Shown piece after piece: positions 1 to 13,379 of a DNA stretch of 64,000 nucleotides; position 1 is the stretch's first letter, and each line of letters begins with the position of its first letter. This DNA comes from Basidiobolus meristosporus CBS 931.73 (Eukaryota > Fungi > Basidiobolomycota): assembly GCA_002104905.1 (NCBI GenBank), contig MCFE01000311.1, positions 1 to 64,000 on the forward strand, in the 5' to 3' direction. A model generated the notes under the pieces. That model did not search any database, was not told where the DNA came from, and was given only the letters and a program-made list of their open reading frames with translations. The position numbers and the translations under genes were made by a program.

Positions 1-524
1 TTGCAGTCTGGTGCATTACATCCCTGGTGCCTCATCTGCCTGAATGCCCCTACAGACATGCTATTCTTGATGCTTTTGGGATTATGCCCTACAAGATCAG
101 ACTACTCTACCTTAGAACCAGATTATATTTCAGACCTTACTACTGCAACAACCCACTGATCAAGGCCTGGAAGAGAACACACCACACTACACCTGGCTCC
201 TGCTGGAGAACTATACTTGGAGATCCTGAAGTCAAGAAGCTTGCTCAATATATTCTGCAGTCAGAAAAGCCCAAGCTGGCCTACCTGAATTACTTGACAG
301 ACCTTTGGCAGCAATATCTGAAGCAGCACACTCCCTTTATGATGAATATCAATCCTTATCACATTCCCCTCATTAATGTTGTTCACAAGTCATTCTTACC
401 TCTCTTGCTACCCCCCTTCCCACTGAACAGTGTCTTGAGCACTGAAGAACTATCATCACTTCTTGTTAACTTACCTACAAGCTCCCCTCAGCTACACACT
501 CTTGTATCAAAGCTACAACAGTAG
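1..524 (+). mobile_element. Probable 3' remnant of a non-LTR (LINE-like) retrotransposon ORF2
   Basis: ORF 27-524 (AILDAFGIMPYKIRLLYLRTRLYFR...NNPLIKAW) resembles the region C-terminal to LINE RT domains. The sequence is CpG-depleted and truncated by the window edge; no RT catalytic motif is visible. Confidence 0.35.
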
Positions 525-972
525 CGCTGGCTTCTTTGTTTCAGCAGAAATAAAGATTTCACCTGTTGGTGACTGTCTCCCCCCCCAATAACTTACTTCT
601 CGTATCAGGCAGCTAGAGTATAAAGCTGAAGACTCAGCCTCGGTGCGGGTCTATGCGATTGAGCTCATCTTTATCTCACAACTCACTAAGAAAAGGTGCA
701 CTAGGATGCTATAGTACTAGAGTACCAATTTAACTGCTGAAAATGGGTTTATGTAGTGTAGTGGAATGTCAGCCACAATTGGAAGTACTAATCTATAACC
801 AGATGGTGCTCCTTCTTTCTTGCGATGCCTTTATCTCAAATTTACAGCAAGCTGCCTCGTGGGGCAGATAGCTTCCCACCTTTTGCGACACCATACATCC
901 CCCACACATCATCACTGCTGGGCAAATCTTCCAACCGATTTATTGTAAGTAGCAATTCTCAGAGTCCAACGC

Positions 973-2251
973 TTACCCAGATGATGAAGACAGAGGAGAG
1001 GCTAAAGTTGAGGCCCCATGCTTTCTCTTTTTGCCCAATCTACCTGGAATCTGAAAAACAGCAGTGTAGCGGTGGCCTTTAGATTTGGATAGCACCGAAG
1101 TGGTTCCATGCTCATCGACGCATGGCCTCCAGAACCACAGCATATTGTGGCTGAGTGGCACTGCAACCTTGTATTTGGGGATAATGAAGTACTGCTCTTC
1201 GGTATCGCCATCAAGGAAGCATACGCCTATAGCATATTGTGACTTGTCCTTATCAACATGAATCTTTGTGGAATAATCTTTTGTCGCGAAGAAGCTTGGG
1301 AGTGAGGTGTCCTTATGTAACAAAGGCATCTGATACTCCAATTGAATCTTTTGCCAATCTTGTTTCACATCGGGTAGAAACACATCTACGAAGCTCTGGA
1401 TTAACACTGCCAATGCCTCGGCGTTCTTCTGGATCTCGTTTATATGATCAACATCGGATTTCTTCAGGGATGGGATGCTGTAAAGAGAGATTCCGGACAT
1501 ATTCCCGCCCCGCGGGCTTCTATAGCCCACACCGAACATTTGACCGGTTATATACTTTGATTTTCGAATCAGATTATTCCGGTAGCCAGGAATGCTTCGC
1601 AATGTCTCCAAAGAGAAATCCGCTTGGTCTTTGGAGAACGGGTGCTGGATAACTCCGAATACAATGGCGTCGTTTTGCAGCAGAAAAGTGGTTCTCTCTA
1701 ATATCGTGAAGCTTTTTATATCCCGCATGTATATTTCGACATCCTCAAACTGAGAGCAAAAGGATCTAGCTTCAGAAATGGCAAATCGGCATTCGAAGTT
1801 GGTTAATCCCTACGGTTTAGAGGTTGTAAATACAGGGAAGAAGAAAACGCATATGTGTGTGTAAGGACGTCGGCGTACCTTGACAATCAGCCCTTTCCTG
1901 TGGAAGTTCATTTCTCTTACTTTGAACCTCTGGTAGGTGCCATATAAGATCCTCAGCTTCTGAATACCCGGAATATCTTGATACGTGGGGCTTCTCAATC
2001 GGTTGCTTAAGTAGTTGAAGATATGGGGCCTTTTGGAATCCTACAAAACTATTGGTGAGAAATGGAGTCGGTAGCATGACGTTTCTAGCGGAACCAACTT
2101 CGAGAGTAACGAACTGATTTGCAAACTCAAACAGTGGATGTTTATCAGTAAGCAAGGTGGCAAGGTGGGATGGATTGTTTTCAATCAACTCTACCAAGGA
2201 TGCAATCCACCTTCTCCAAGGTGCATAGCGATCTATCTTGGATTCGTTCAT
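973..2251 (-). CDS. TET/JBP-family 2-oxoglutarate/Fe(II) dioxygenase, 3 exons, about 383 aa
   Basis: Exons 2251-2099, 2040-1879 and 1809-973 join in frame across introns 2098-2041 (GTTGGT...TTTGTAG, 58 nt) and 1878-1810 (GTACGC...CTAAAC..CGTAG, 69 nt). The C-terminal domain has GQMFGVGYR, the Fe-binding HxD (KIHVDKD), distal His (DEHGTT) and 2OG-binding Arg (HRYTAVFQI) in TET/JBP order and spacing. Confidence 0.8.
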
Positions 2252-2923
2252 TACAGTGATAGTTGTGGGATCTGTTGGCTTTTAAGCTCACCTCGTTTCC
2301 ATGTTACATTCGATGGTCACAGTCATGGTTTGCAGGAGATGGTTTAAAAATTGAACGCGGATGGCGTAACTATGTTTTGGTAGGATCTTCTGGCCAATAG
2401 ATGGCCAGTAAAATTGCATATTGCGCTACACTCGAAATTGCGCTACAACCACACTGACTGTTTAATGGGAAGTGGAGTGACAGCTACCTCGCGCTTATCT
2501 AGACAGGCTGCGTGATGGCTCATTCTTTTGCTATTAATTACTTTTACGCGCCACTCCAATGATTTAATTTCACGACTTTGACTAGTTTCTCGGCTGCGGG
2601 ACCATGGAAATATAGTCTTTGAATATATGGAAGCCTCTCGGCTCCCATCGGCACAGAAAAATGATATATTGTTGGAGATATATATGGTCATTATTGGAGG
2701 ATATTGCAGCAAATTATGATTCATCGCTACCGGGAAATCCAACCATCATATTAAAGTCTGTGCGGATGGGAAGCCCGAAATCCGCCCATACATCGTGATT
2801 GGCGTAATCGCGCTATGGTTGGAAAATTGGTAGATTTCCCTGCACCAATAGACACCACCCCCATCACTTTCCGATTATGGCAATGCGGAGAAAGGAAGAG
2901 CTTGAAACTACCACATCATTGAA

Positions 2924-3760
2924 TCAAAGATTAAGGTTGGGAATAACCAGTGGGAAGTAGTAACGCAGAACTTGATTCACCTGCTGCGTCATCTGCCCAT
3001 TGAAATCTATGATCTTCTTTCCTAATCCAGCAGAAAGTATATTACCAATCTCAGTCCTAATTAGTGCCCAGGAGGTGAACACAGTTTCGGGAAAAAGAAT
3101 AGCAGTAATACAGCTATGCACATTCTATGTGGTTGATTTCTTAAATCTCCATTGATTGCACTTTCGTTCCTAACCGCACAAGTAAGATGCGTAGTTGCAT
3201 ATACGGGAATTGCGCCACAAATACGCATCCAATTCCACATTGTTGGGTAATTAGCATCTACTCAGAAAATGCTCGAGGATAGAGACAAGAAATCGGTGAT
3301 TTATCTGTATATGCGTTTGTATTCCCGCAATATGCATCCAAGTAAATACTAACCTGACACCCTTGAAACATAACGTAACTTATAACTGTACCTATAGCTC
3401 TAGTCATACTAACTGGATCTCGGCATTAGTTTACTTCCATGAATAACCTTTACATCCGCCATCGCATGTCAATAACATGCGATATTTGAGTGCTCAACCA
3501 TGAATTGTAAACATGCTCTTGGTTGCTTTGTGTGTTTCAAGATTCATGGTTGGGCAGCTCCGGCTGCTAATGCAAATTGTAGCTGTTATTATTGTTTGGG
3601 TTGTTGCTCTACTTGAAGTTAAATGGATATGCCAACTCCAAGAATGAGCTAATATCTTACAAACTTGATCTCTAGCTGATTTAGGTGCTAGCAATGGGCT
3701 ACATAGGATCCAAAGGTACATGGGCAGTTTCAGTGTAAACTAGATAATCACAACAGATAC
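2924..3760 (-). pseudogene. Possible decayed multi-exon gene of unknown family upstream of the TET/JBP gene
   Basis: An intron-like segment (GTTAGG...CACATAG) joins ...PTMWNWMRICGAIPVYATTHLTCA in frame to NVHSCITAILFPETVF...PNLNL*. Upstream frames are protein-like but interrupted by TAG/TAA/TGA. Confidence 0.25.
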
Positions 3761-3799
3761 AAGCTACCTCTAGAGCTATGAGCAATACCATATTTGTAA

Positions 3800-6200
3800 T
3801 CATAGCGGGGGTGAAATGCATTCCTGGATCTGATTTAAAATCATATAGTTGGTAGATCCAATATGATATTTTACTTGGGTGTTGGCTACTATTGGATGCA
3901 ATTGCCCATTAGTTTTGTAAGCATTAGATATGTGATCATTCTCATTTCCTGTTTGACCGGATTCTAGTTAGGAAATGAATTGCGCCAGCTGATTGTCAAG
4001 AATTAGTTATTCAAACCGGTAGTTGATCCTGATTGGGAAGAGTCTCAAGATACATTTCTACTAAGATCGTAAGGTATATAGTAGCGACAGTCAGGTTGTA
4101 GCTGCTATAGGAGTATAGAGGAGGATCAAGAGGCAACATTATTTTTCTAGCCAACCTATATGTAGGGCATGATGCAAATCTTACATTTGCACTCGAATGT
4201 TGACACTAATCTAGTCAACAAAACCCTGCTCTGAACCTTGCTGATTCCAGCTCAAATTCATGCAGTTGATCTTGTACTTATATAGAAATATCTATTCAGC
4301 TACTCATTTGTATCATACCTAGCAGCTTTATTATCTCTGGCCCAGACTCTTTTGATGACTCAGCTGATAGACTTCCACCAGTATAGCAAGTACCCAGAGC
4401 ATGAAAGTTCTCAAAGCTTATATAAGCTTTAAGTTTATTCAAATGCTGTCAAGACCCTTTTAGCTGTATACTCTCTTCTCTATGTTGCCAATACCCTATT
4501 GAAGATATACCATTTTGCATCCAATAAGTCTCTGAGTGATAACTATATAAGGTGCTTGCCCTCACAGCAACATCAAACATAATCAGGAGACTGATGATAA
4601 CTATTTATTAAGATATGTATAAAGCAGCTTTATCAGTACTCTAGATACTGACGGCAATCAGACTCTCAAAGTTGACTAAATACCTTGAAAATCTCAAACT
4701 TGGAACTCATCTAACTTTCAGCTGGTATTCTGATTGTATTTTGCTGATATGAGCTTGTGTTTTTCTTCCAAACTTTTAGTTGCAATTTTAGTGGAGGTAA
4801 TAAGCAGCTGATTATAAACTATGGTATGAATGCTAGTTGGCCTATTCTCCTGCTGAAAAATATATCTGCTTGTCTTCCTAAGAGCTAATACCTGAGATTC
4901 TGAGAGAGAGATGTCAGTTTTAAGAAACCTGGAATTCAGCAAATGATGGCATTATGCAGGCTTTCTTTTAATATTTTCTGTTAAGTAAAAGCTCATGGAC
5001 TTCATACATATACTCTGAGGAACCTTCTTAATGTATTAAACTTGCTTTAGCATACCATTCATCATTATGTCACATACCATTCTCTCAATTAGCTACATTG
5101 GGATAGTAAATAAGTCAGCTTTATCTTACTCTGGCACTTTACATTACTATATGAAGCTACATCACGCTGTTAGCACTCATTGGCACCATAAGTGTTACCC
5201 AGTAATATTACTTAAGTCAATTGACATAATATGTATTATTGATTTTCTTGTGTAGATTACTCAAGCAAGGGAATGGTCAAGGCATGATGTGTCTTAATTG
5301 TTAAAGTTATAGCATAAATGCAACAGTTCAAGTTTTATATGTACCACTCACAAGATGTTTGTTGGTGCTTTGTGTCAAGACTACTCTGTGCATGTTAATA
5401 TAGAAGTTTATTTTTCACTTTGAACTAAGTTATCTGATCAGTGTCTCAAGTATGCATAGGGCTTGCTACAAGTAGCTTTGCACTTGACCACTTGCAAACT
5501 AAAGCAAAGTTACAGCAAGATAATACTCAAGTATCACGCACCATGTATTATGCATGCCTCAAGAAAACATCACTATGCGTCCATAATGAAGTCCTAGTCA
5601 GTAATGTCAGAAATCTGGTGGACTGCATTGGGGATGACCCACAAAAAAACCGAAAAGGTCGTTTGCAAGTACTGAAACGCGGTTTTCGTTGCAGGTTCTT
5701 AACTGGACCTCAAGGCCATGCTGGGTTGTATAATTAAGACTGAATGTGTAGTAAAAGACATACTGTTGATGTGCACTATTTTTCTTTCATTTATATATGT
5801 AGGTAGAGTGCTTGAGAATCAAGTAAGACCTGAGGCAATAAGCTAATATATCCATAATTTGTATGCATTTCAATATACGACTGATCCTACTACTGATATA
5901 GCATTTGATTTTGCTTGGCTGGATGAGTGTATAAAATTGCTAGCGAGAAGGTAGAGTGAAGGCTAATACGCTAACAATGCATTTTCTTTTAGGCGATTGG
6001 GGAGAGGGCAGTATAATATGTAGTCAATGAAACAAGATGCAAAATTCCTAACCAAATATAACTCCATACACTTATTCCACGCTCATTGACCAACCCTCTG
6101 TCAAATCAGATGTAATGGAAAATCCCAGGTCCACTGATACGCTAGGTATTGCACTTTATGTACAGGAGTAGTTCTAAACTTGTGTATTTAGTGGCGAGTA
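3800..6200. other. AT-rich, CpG-depleted degenerate sequence, probably decayed transposon
   Basis: CpG is nearly absent, there is no long ORF, and composition matches the TE block after 38 kb. No family motif was recognised. Confidence 0.35.
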
Positions 6201-6344
6201 GCTGTGTAAGAATTCCCGATTGGATTGAACATGTTTGCTTAGACAAGCAATAAACTGGAGGTAATAAAGTACTGACAACTTTAACTATCATCTATTAGGA
6301 ATACATAATTCTGTAAGTGTTATATATTGATGTATGTTGGCTTC

Positions 6345-7625
6345 CTATTGGCAAGGTGTTTGCCCTTCTACATCACCTTGCTCTACTGTGCAAGTTTGGC
6401 TGTTACCGCCTTCCTCCCCTCCACTATTCGCTGCACCAGGGGTATTTTCCATTTCGGAGTCACTCGGTGGAAGGTCGCTACCACTAGCTTCAACCCTCTC
6501 ATTATTGACAGCATCATTAGGGCTGGCCTCAGGATATCCATCACCATTACTTTCACTACCAGCTTCGATATTACTACTTTCAGCACTAGTATCAGAATCA
6601 CTGGCCACGACATCCTCGCTCTTGGCGCCGGTATTCCCGTTTTCAGTACTAGTCTCAGGATATCCGCTATCGGGGTCGGCTCCAGTTTCTCCACTTGGGG
6701 TGCTCCCCTCAGTCTCTCCGCTTTCAGTGCTGCCCTCAGTATTTTCGACACTACCCTCTGTGTATTCGTTTTCGTCACTCTCTCTATCTACAGTCCGGTC
6801 ATCTGTATTCTCGGCCCCACTCTCCTCGGGACTTTCTTGGCTTTCTTCATCTTTCGAGGCGGGAGTAACTGGTTCATCATTTTCAGAACCAGTTTTGTAG
6901 TCACCTTCATTATCAGCACTATCGACACTGTCTTCAGCATCACTTTCAACGCTGTCACCATCTCCAGAATCGGATTTGCTTTCAACACTTCCATCAGAAA
7001 TATCATTCTTACTAGAGCCATAGGCGGTTGCCCCACCATCGTTATTTTGGCTGTCCGTCCCATCTTTGCCATGTCCTTGGTCTGGAGTATCGGGCTTCTT
7101 GGTATCATTACTGTTGTCTGTATCGGCGGCTTTGCTTTCTTCGTTGCTTGGGATACCGTCGCTAGTATTGGCTGCGTCATCCTTTTCGGACTCCGAGGTG
7201 TCTAGCTCCTTTCCACCGCTACCCTTACGACAACCCATACCATCGCCATTCGCATTGTCATCAGAGCTCGCACCAGCTCCAGAACTATACGAGTCGGCTT
7301 GGTTGCCATTTCCAGCATTGATACCAGTGGCACTCTTACCGCGACCCTCATCCTCCCCAGCTTTAGAGTCAATCCCATTGCTGTTGTCACTGTTTCCAGG
7401 CTCACCCCCAGAGCCCGGACTATTTTTCCCTACATCGTACACTCCCACACCACTTGGCTCGCTGGCGATACCTTTACCACCGCCATTGCTGTTCCCCACA
7501 TTGAAAATATCTATGATGTCGTAATCGCCGTTGCTTCTAAGCCGGATTCTTCGGTCTAAGGCTGCGGCGCGGATGACTGCCAACCCGGAAAGTAGGCATA
7601 GGACTTTGGAGGCTGCGAATCGCAT
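6345..7625 (-). CDS. Secreted, highly acidic low-complexity (Ser/Gly/Asp/Glu/Asn-rich) protein, 426 aa
   Basis: Hydrophobic signal peptide (MRFAASKVLCLLSGLAVIRAAA) followed by a dibasic RR, then a long acidic disordered region with EGS(T/V)E-like and GYPE(T/A)S repeats and a Cys-containing tail. Single exon. Confidence 0.75.
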   Translation of the reverse strand: MRFAASKVLCLLSGLAVIRAAALDRRIRLRSNGDYDIIDIFNVGNSNGGGKGIASEPSGVGVYDVGKNSPGSGGEPGNSDNSNGIDSKAGEDEGRGKSATGINAGNGNQADSYSSGAGASSDDNANGDGMGCRKGSGGKELDTSESEKDDAANTSDGIPSNEESKAADTDNSNDTKKPDTPDQGHGKDGTDSQNNDGGATAYGSSKNDISDGSVESKSDSGDGDSVESDAEDSVDSADNEGDYKTGSENDEPVTPASKDEESQESPEESGAENTDDRTVDRESDENEYTEGSVENTEGSTESGETEGSTPSGETGADPDSGYPETSTENGNTGAKSEDVVASDSDTSAESSNIEAGSESNGDGYPEASPNDAVNNERVEASGSDLPPSDSEMENTPGAANSGGEEGGNSQTCTVEQGDVEGQTPCQ

Positions 7626-8104
7626 GTTGTAGTGGAGGTCAATGTAACTTGGTGGGTATCTCTACATTCTAGCCCTCATTTATACTAGCCCATGACACCG
7701 CCCCCACTTCTGATAGCTCCTTATTGGTACCCCGCTCTAGGCACATCCCCCTTGCCTCCAATCGGTTTATGCACGGTGATGCCTCTAATCAGCCGGTGTG
7801 CGTACGAGGTGGCTATGACAGATAAAGCCAAGCGTTGCCACCAATCGCCTGTATCCAGCAGCATCTACCTGACGGAGGCTGTATCTAATGGCCCAAGACA
7901 ATAGCGGTAGTAGCCGTCAGCTTGATCCCAATTCTACTAGCAGCATTTGTTCCCCAATACTGACAGTACCATCCTCCAATCACAACAATGATGCTGAAAA
8001 TGATTTGATGGTAATCAACCAAATGTACATTACATGTGAGAAAGATGTGGCTGTATGATACGTGATTTATTAGTTTTTTTATATTATTGACAATACTTTG
8101 GGTT

Positions 8105-10354
8105 TTACCAATCTAACTTTTTGGCCTTTTGTTTGGGGCTGGTGGTAGGCTTGATGGCCTTTCCGCTATACTCTTTGCCATCCAGCCATGGCCATTCGTT
8201 TGTTCTTTTCCCCTCGAACGCCTCGATCTTGTCACTCTTCTGCATGGTAAGCCCGATATCATCCAATCCATTGACAAGGCAGTGCTTGCGGAATGGCTCT
8301 ACGTCGAACTCTATTTCACCATCAGGGTGGCGAACAACCTGATTTACGAGGTCCACCTCGAGCTCAGCCCCTTGCCTTGCTGCTTCGGCCAGGGTATCTA
8401 CATCAGCTTGTGGAAGGACGACTGGAAGCATGCCGTTTTTGAATGTATTGTTGAAGAAGATATCTGCGAAACTGGTGGCGATAATGCAGCGAATCCCGAA
8501 GTCGTTGAATGCCCATGGTGCGTGTTCACGTGAGCTGCCACACCCAAAGTTAGGCCCTGTGCACACCAGGATCCGTGCTTGACGGTAAGGCTCCTGGTTC
8601 AACACGAAGCTTGGGTTTTCTTCCCCGGTGCTGGGATCGTAGCGGAGCGCGTAAAACAATGCGCTGCCAAGACCTGTGCGCTTGATCGTCTTCAGGAACT
8701 GCTTAGGAATGATCATGTCCGTGTCTACGTTGGAGATGTCTAGAGGAGCAGCGTAGCCCTTGAGTGTAGTGAACTTCGGCATCCCGGAAGCTGCAGGTGC
8801 CTGGCTACCAGTGGATGGGCTAGAGGCTGGCGCATCAGTGACCGGATCTGCTGCATCAGCGGCTTTTTCGTGGTTCTCGAATTGTGGTTCGATCACTTGA
8901 GGGGCGGAGGATTTTCTAGGCTGTGGCAAGTCGGCTGGAGTAAGCTTACGCACATCAGTGAGATAGCCTCTGATGCCAGCAGCAGCAGCCATGGCAGGGC
9001 TCATCAAGTGGGTACGCCCACCGGCACCTTGACGGCCTTCAAAGTTACGATTGCTGGTACTGGCACAACGCTCGCCAGGGCTTAACTGATCAGGATTCAT
9101 ACCCAAGCACATGGAACAGCCAGCCTCTCTCCAGTCGAAACCGGCTTCTTTGAAGACGGCGTCCAATCCTTCTCTTTCAGCTTGAAGCTTGACAAGACCG
9201 GATCCTGGGACAACCATGGCATAGACCCAGTCGGCAACATGGTGACCCTTCACAATCTGGGCTGCGCTTCTTAGATCCTCAATACGGGAGTTGGTGCAAC
9301 TGCCGATGAATACTTTGTCAATCTTGACTTCCTCCATTGGAGTGTTCGGCGCCAAGCCAATATAATCCAAGGCTCTTTCCATAGCAGCGCGCTTGGTGGG
9401 ATCTGAAACCTGGGCTGGATCGGGGACAACCCCGTCAATAGGGACCACATCCTGTGGACTGGTACCCCAGGTAATAGTGGGAGCAATGTCGGCAGCATCG
9501 ATCTCCACGTTGATATCGTACACGGCGTCAGGATCGGAGCGAAGTGTGCTCCAGTATTGAACCGCCCGATCCCATTCGTGGGCGTTCGGCGCTAGTGGCT
9601 TGCCACGAAGGTAAGCGAAGGTTATTTCATCGGGAGCAATCATACCAGCACGGGCACCTGCTTCGATCGCCATGTTACAAATAGACATTCTTGCTTCCAT
9701 CGACAATGCAGAGATGGCGGAGCCACAGAACTCGATGACACAGCCAGTACCACCGGCAGTGCCAATAACACCAATAGCATGAAGGACAATATCCTTGCTG
9801 GTGACACCAGGGGCAAGTTTCCCCTCGACCCGGATACGCATATTCTTCGACTTCTTTTGCAAGAGTGTCTGGGTGGCAAGGACATGCTCAACCTCTGAAG
9901 TACCGATACCAAAAGCAAGAGCACCGAAAGCACCATGTGTAGAGGTGTGGGAGTCACCGCAAACGACAGTGGTTGCTGGAAGGGTGAACCCTTGCTCAGG
10001 GCCAATAACATGTACAATACCCTGGCGGTTATCATCCATGCCGAAGTACGTCAATCCGAATTCCTTGACGTTGCTTTCCAGAGTCTCGCATTGTGTTCTT
10101 GAGTCGGCCTCATGAATGAACGTAGAAATATTCTTGAAGTTCTTGCGGTTGGTTGTAGGGATGTTGTGGTCCACGGTAGCAAGGGTACAGTCAACACGGC
10201 GAACACCACGACCGGCATTTCTCAACCCCTCGAAGGCCTGTGGGCTGGTGACTTCATGAACAAGGTGTCTATCGATGTAAATCAAGCAGGTTCCGTCTTC
10301 TTGGCGATCAACCACATGGTCGTCCCAAATTTTGTCGTAGAGAGTGCGGGGCAT
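8105..10354 (-). CDS. LEU1: 3-isopropylmalate dehydratase (fused LeuC-LeuD, fungal type)
   Basis: [69 protein letters not shown], then a linker and the small-subunit motifs [13 protein letters not shown] and [12 protein letters not shown] at 10354. Confidence 0.98.
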   Translation of the reverse strand: MPRTLYDKIWDDHVVDRQEDGTCLIYIDRHLVHEVTSPQAFEGLRNAGRGVRRVDCTLATVDHNIPTTNRKNFKNISTFIHEADSRTQCETLESNVKEFGLTYFGMDDNRQGIVHVIGPEQGFTLPATTVVCGDSHTSTHGAFGALAFGIGTSEVEHVLATQTLLQKKSKNMRIRVEGKLAPGVTSKDIVLHAIGVIGTAGGTGCVIEFCGSAISALSMEARMSICNMAIEAGARAGMIAPDEITFAYLRGKPLAPNAHEWDRAVQYWSTLRSDPDAVYDINVEIDAADIAPTITWGTSPQDVVPIDGVVPDPAQVSDPTKRAAMERALDYIGLAPNTPMEEVKIDKVFIGSCTNSRIEDLRSAAQIVKGHHVADWVYAMVVPGSGLVKLQAEREGLDAVFKEAGFDWREAGCSMCLGMNPDQLSPGERCASTSNRNFEGRQGAGGRTHLMSPAMAAAAGIRGYLTDVRKLTPADLPQPRKSSAPQVIEPQFENHEKAADAADPVTDAPASSPSTGSQAPAASGMPKFTTLKGYAAPLDISNVDTDMIIPKQFLKTIKRTGLGSALFYALRYDPSTGEENPSFVLNQEPYRQARILVCTGPNFGCGSSREHAPWAFNDFGIRCIIATSFADIFFNNTFKNGMLPVVLPQADVDTLAEAARQGAELEVDLVNQVVRHPDGEIEFDVEPFRKHCLVNGLDDIGLTMQKSDKIEAFEGKRTNEWPWLDGKEYSGKAIKPTTSPKQKAKKLDW

Positions 10355-11041
10355 CAAGTTTGCTCGAGTGGTAGCGAAAGTTAACTATATATTTACAATA
10401 CAATCAATGAACTTGTAGAAAATAATGGTCTGGGGTTGCAGCTCACGGGCGAGCTTATATACACCCTCCGCCCCACTGATCTTATCATCATAACTATGAA
10501 TCATCCCACATCCAAGTGATACAGGACGAAAGCGTCCATTGACTCACATTGATGCATTAATAAGTCAATTCTCCCTTTCCACATCAGCTGATACCATTGA
10601 TCCTGACTGACCATATATGTTCGTGTGTTTCCATGTTAGGAGGCTTGCTCGACCTGCGTACTTGGGCTTGATGCACAATGTAATTAGAAATGATGACTGA
10701 AGTTCGTTTCGTCAGCCTCACCTGCCCTTTGAAGATCCCAACCCGACGCATCACCAAAGAAACCAACCAGCATGGGCGCTAGCGAAGGCAACCAACATGC
10801 GCCATACTGATGCTGATTAGATTTGCGGGCCAACGAAAGTATCCATTTGAGATACGGGCTAGGCGATATCCTAGATGAGACTCTCTGTGTAAGACATTGA
10901 CAAATAACATCTCCGGTGCAACCCCAAACACAAATACTGCATGCCATGCACCGTTTTGTTCACCATACTTCTTGGTTTAGATTATTGTTGCTTTATTGAA
11001 ACGTTGGAAATGATTTACATGCAGAGATAAATGGGGTATGT

Positions 11042-12445
<1,404 letters not shown>

Positions 12446-13379
12446 TCAATGGTCAATTCTGAAAAATACGCACAAGTGGTTTTTATAAGGATTCGAATGC
12501 TCATCGTTGTTCAACCCCGAACTCTGTTGATTGGCTGAACCTCGTGGTTAGCTCACTCCAGCCACCGGGCTAGTGCATCTTTTGATCCTCGTCATCCTGA
12601 CTTTCGGAAGCTGAATTCAATGAGAAGGAACAACCTGGACTAAGCCAGAACAAACCCGATGTTAACGCGACGCTCAGCTGTCATCCGAAGATGCTACGTA
12701 CGACTTACCATATCATCACTAAGCTTAGCTTTTAGCGGCACCAACAGCAACTGGGTGAATGCTAAGATCCATCCGAAATATCATCGTGATGAGAGGGAAA
12801 ACTACGGAAGAGGGGAATGACGCTCTCTGAGTCATCCAATCTGAGCCCGCCTTGGTAAGCAAATTTCTCTCCCAATGGCCATTATTGGAAAGTCAGTGTG
12901 AGATAAAAATCAATTCGGATGGCTTCTTATCTTATTCAGGATACAGGGAAGCATAACGGAAACTAGATTATGCTCATAACAATTTAGACACAAACTAGCC
13001 AGTGTCTAGACTGGATTCCTGTCTAAGTTATTTCCAATTTACCAACGTTTAGATCGGGCTCTTGGGTAACTTCACGTACCAGTTTACCACGACTGCTAAT
13101 GTTATTCACGTCATACAACTCTTCCAACAAAATGCCAAATCATCCCCTTTTTTTCCCGTATCAAGTCTCACACCTCGCCTGCCACCACAATTGTTTACAT
13201 AATATCCATATGAAAAAGCAATGAACATCATTTCACTGGCCAACATGCATTTTAAAGGCATGGGACTGGTCTGATCTGCGTGCGAATGGCATACAAGATG
13301 AGGTGACAATATAAAGCCTGCTCTTTCTCTTCAGCTCACCATCGTCCGCTCTCACACCCACCTTTCAGACATAACAACA

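Noticed and set aside
3800-6200. KDZ transposase accompanying the TET/JBP gene
   Set aside because: No CxC or KDZ catalytic motifs could be recovered in any frame; the sequence is too decayed to assign.
6327-7559. Long + strand ORFs (292, 188, 152 aa) with hydrophobic, TM-like translation
   Set aside because: Antisense shadows of the low-complexity acidic protein. The same applies to the shadow ORFs over LEU1, AAT, ACAD, AVT and RPL17.
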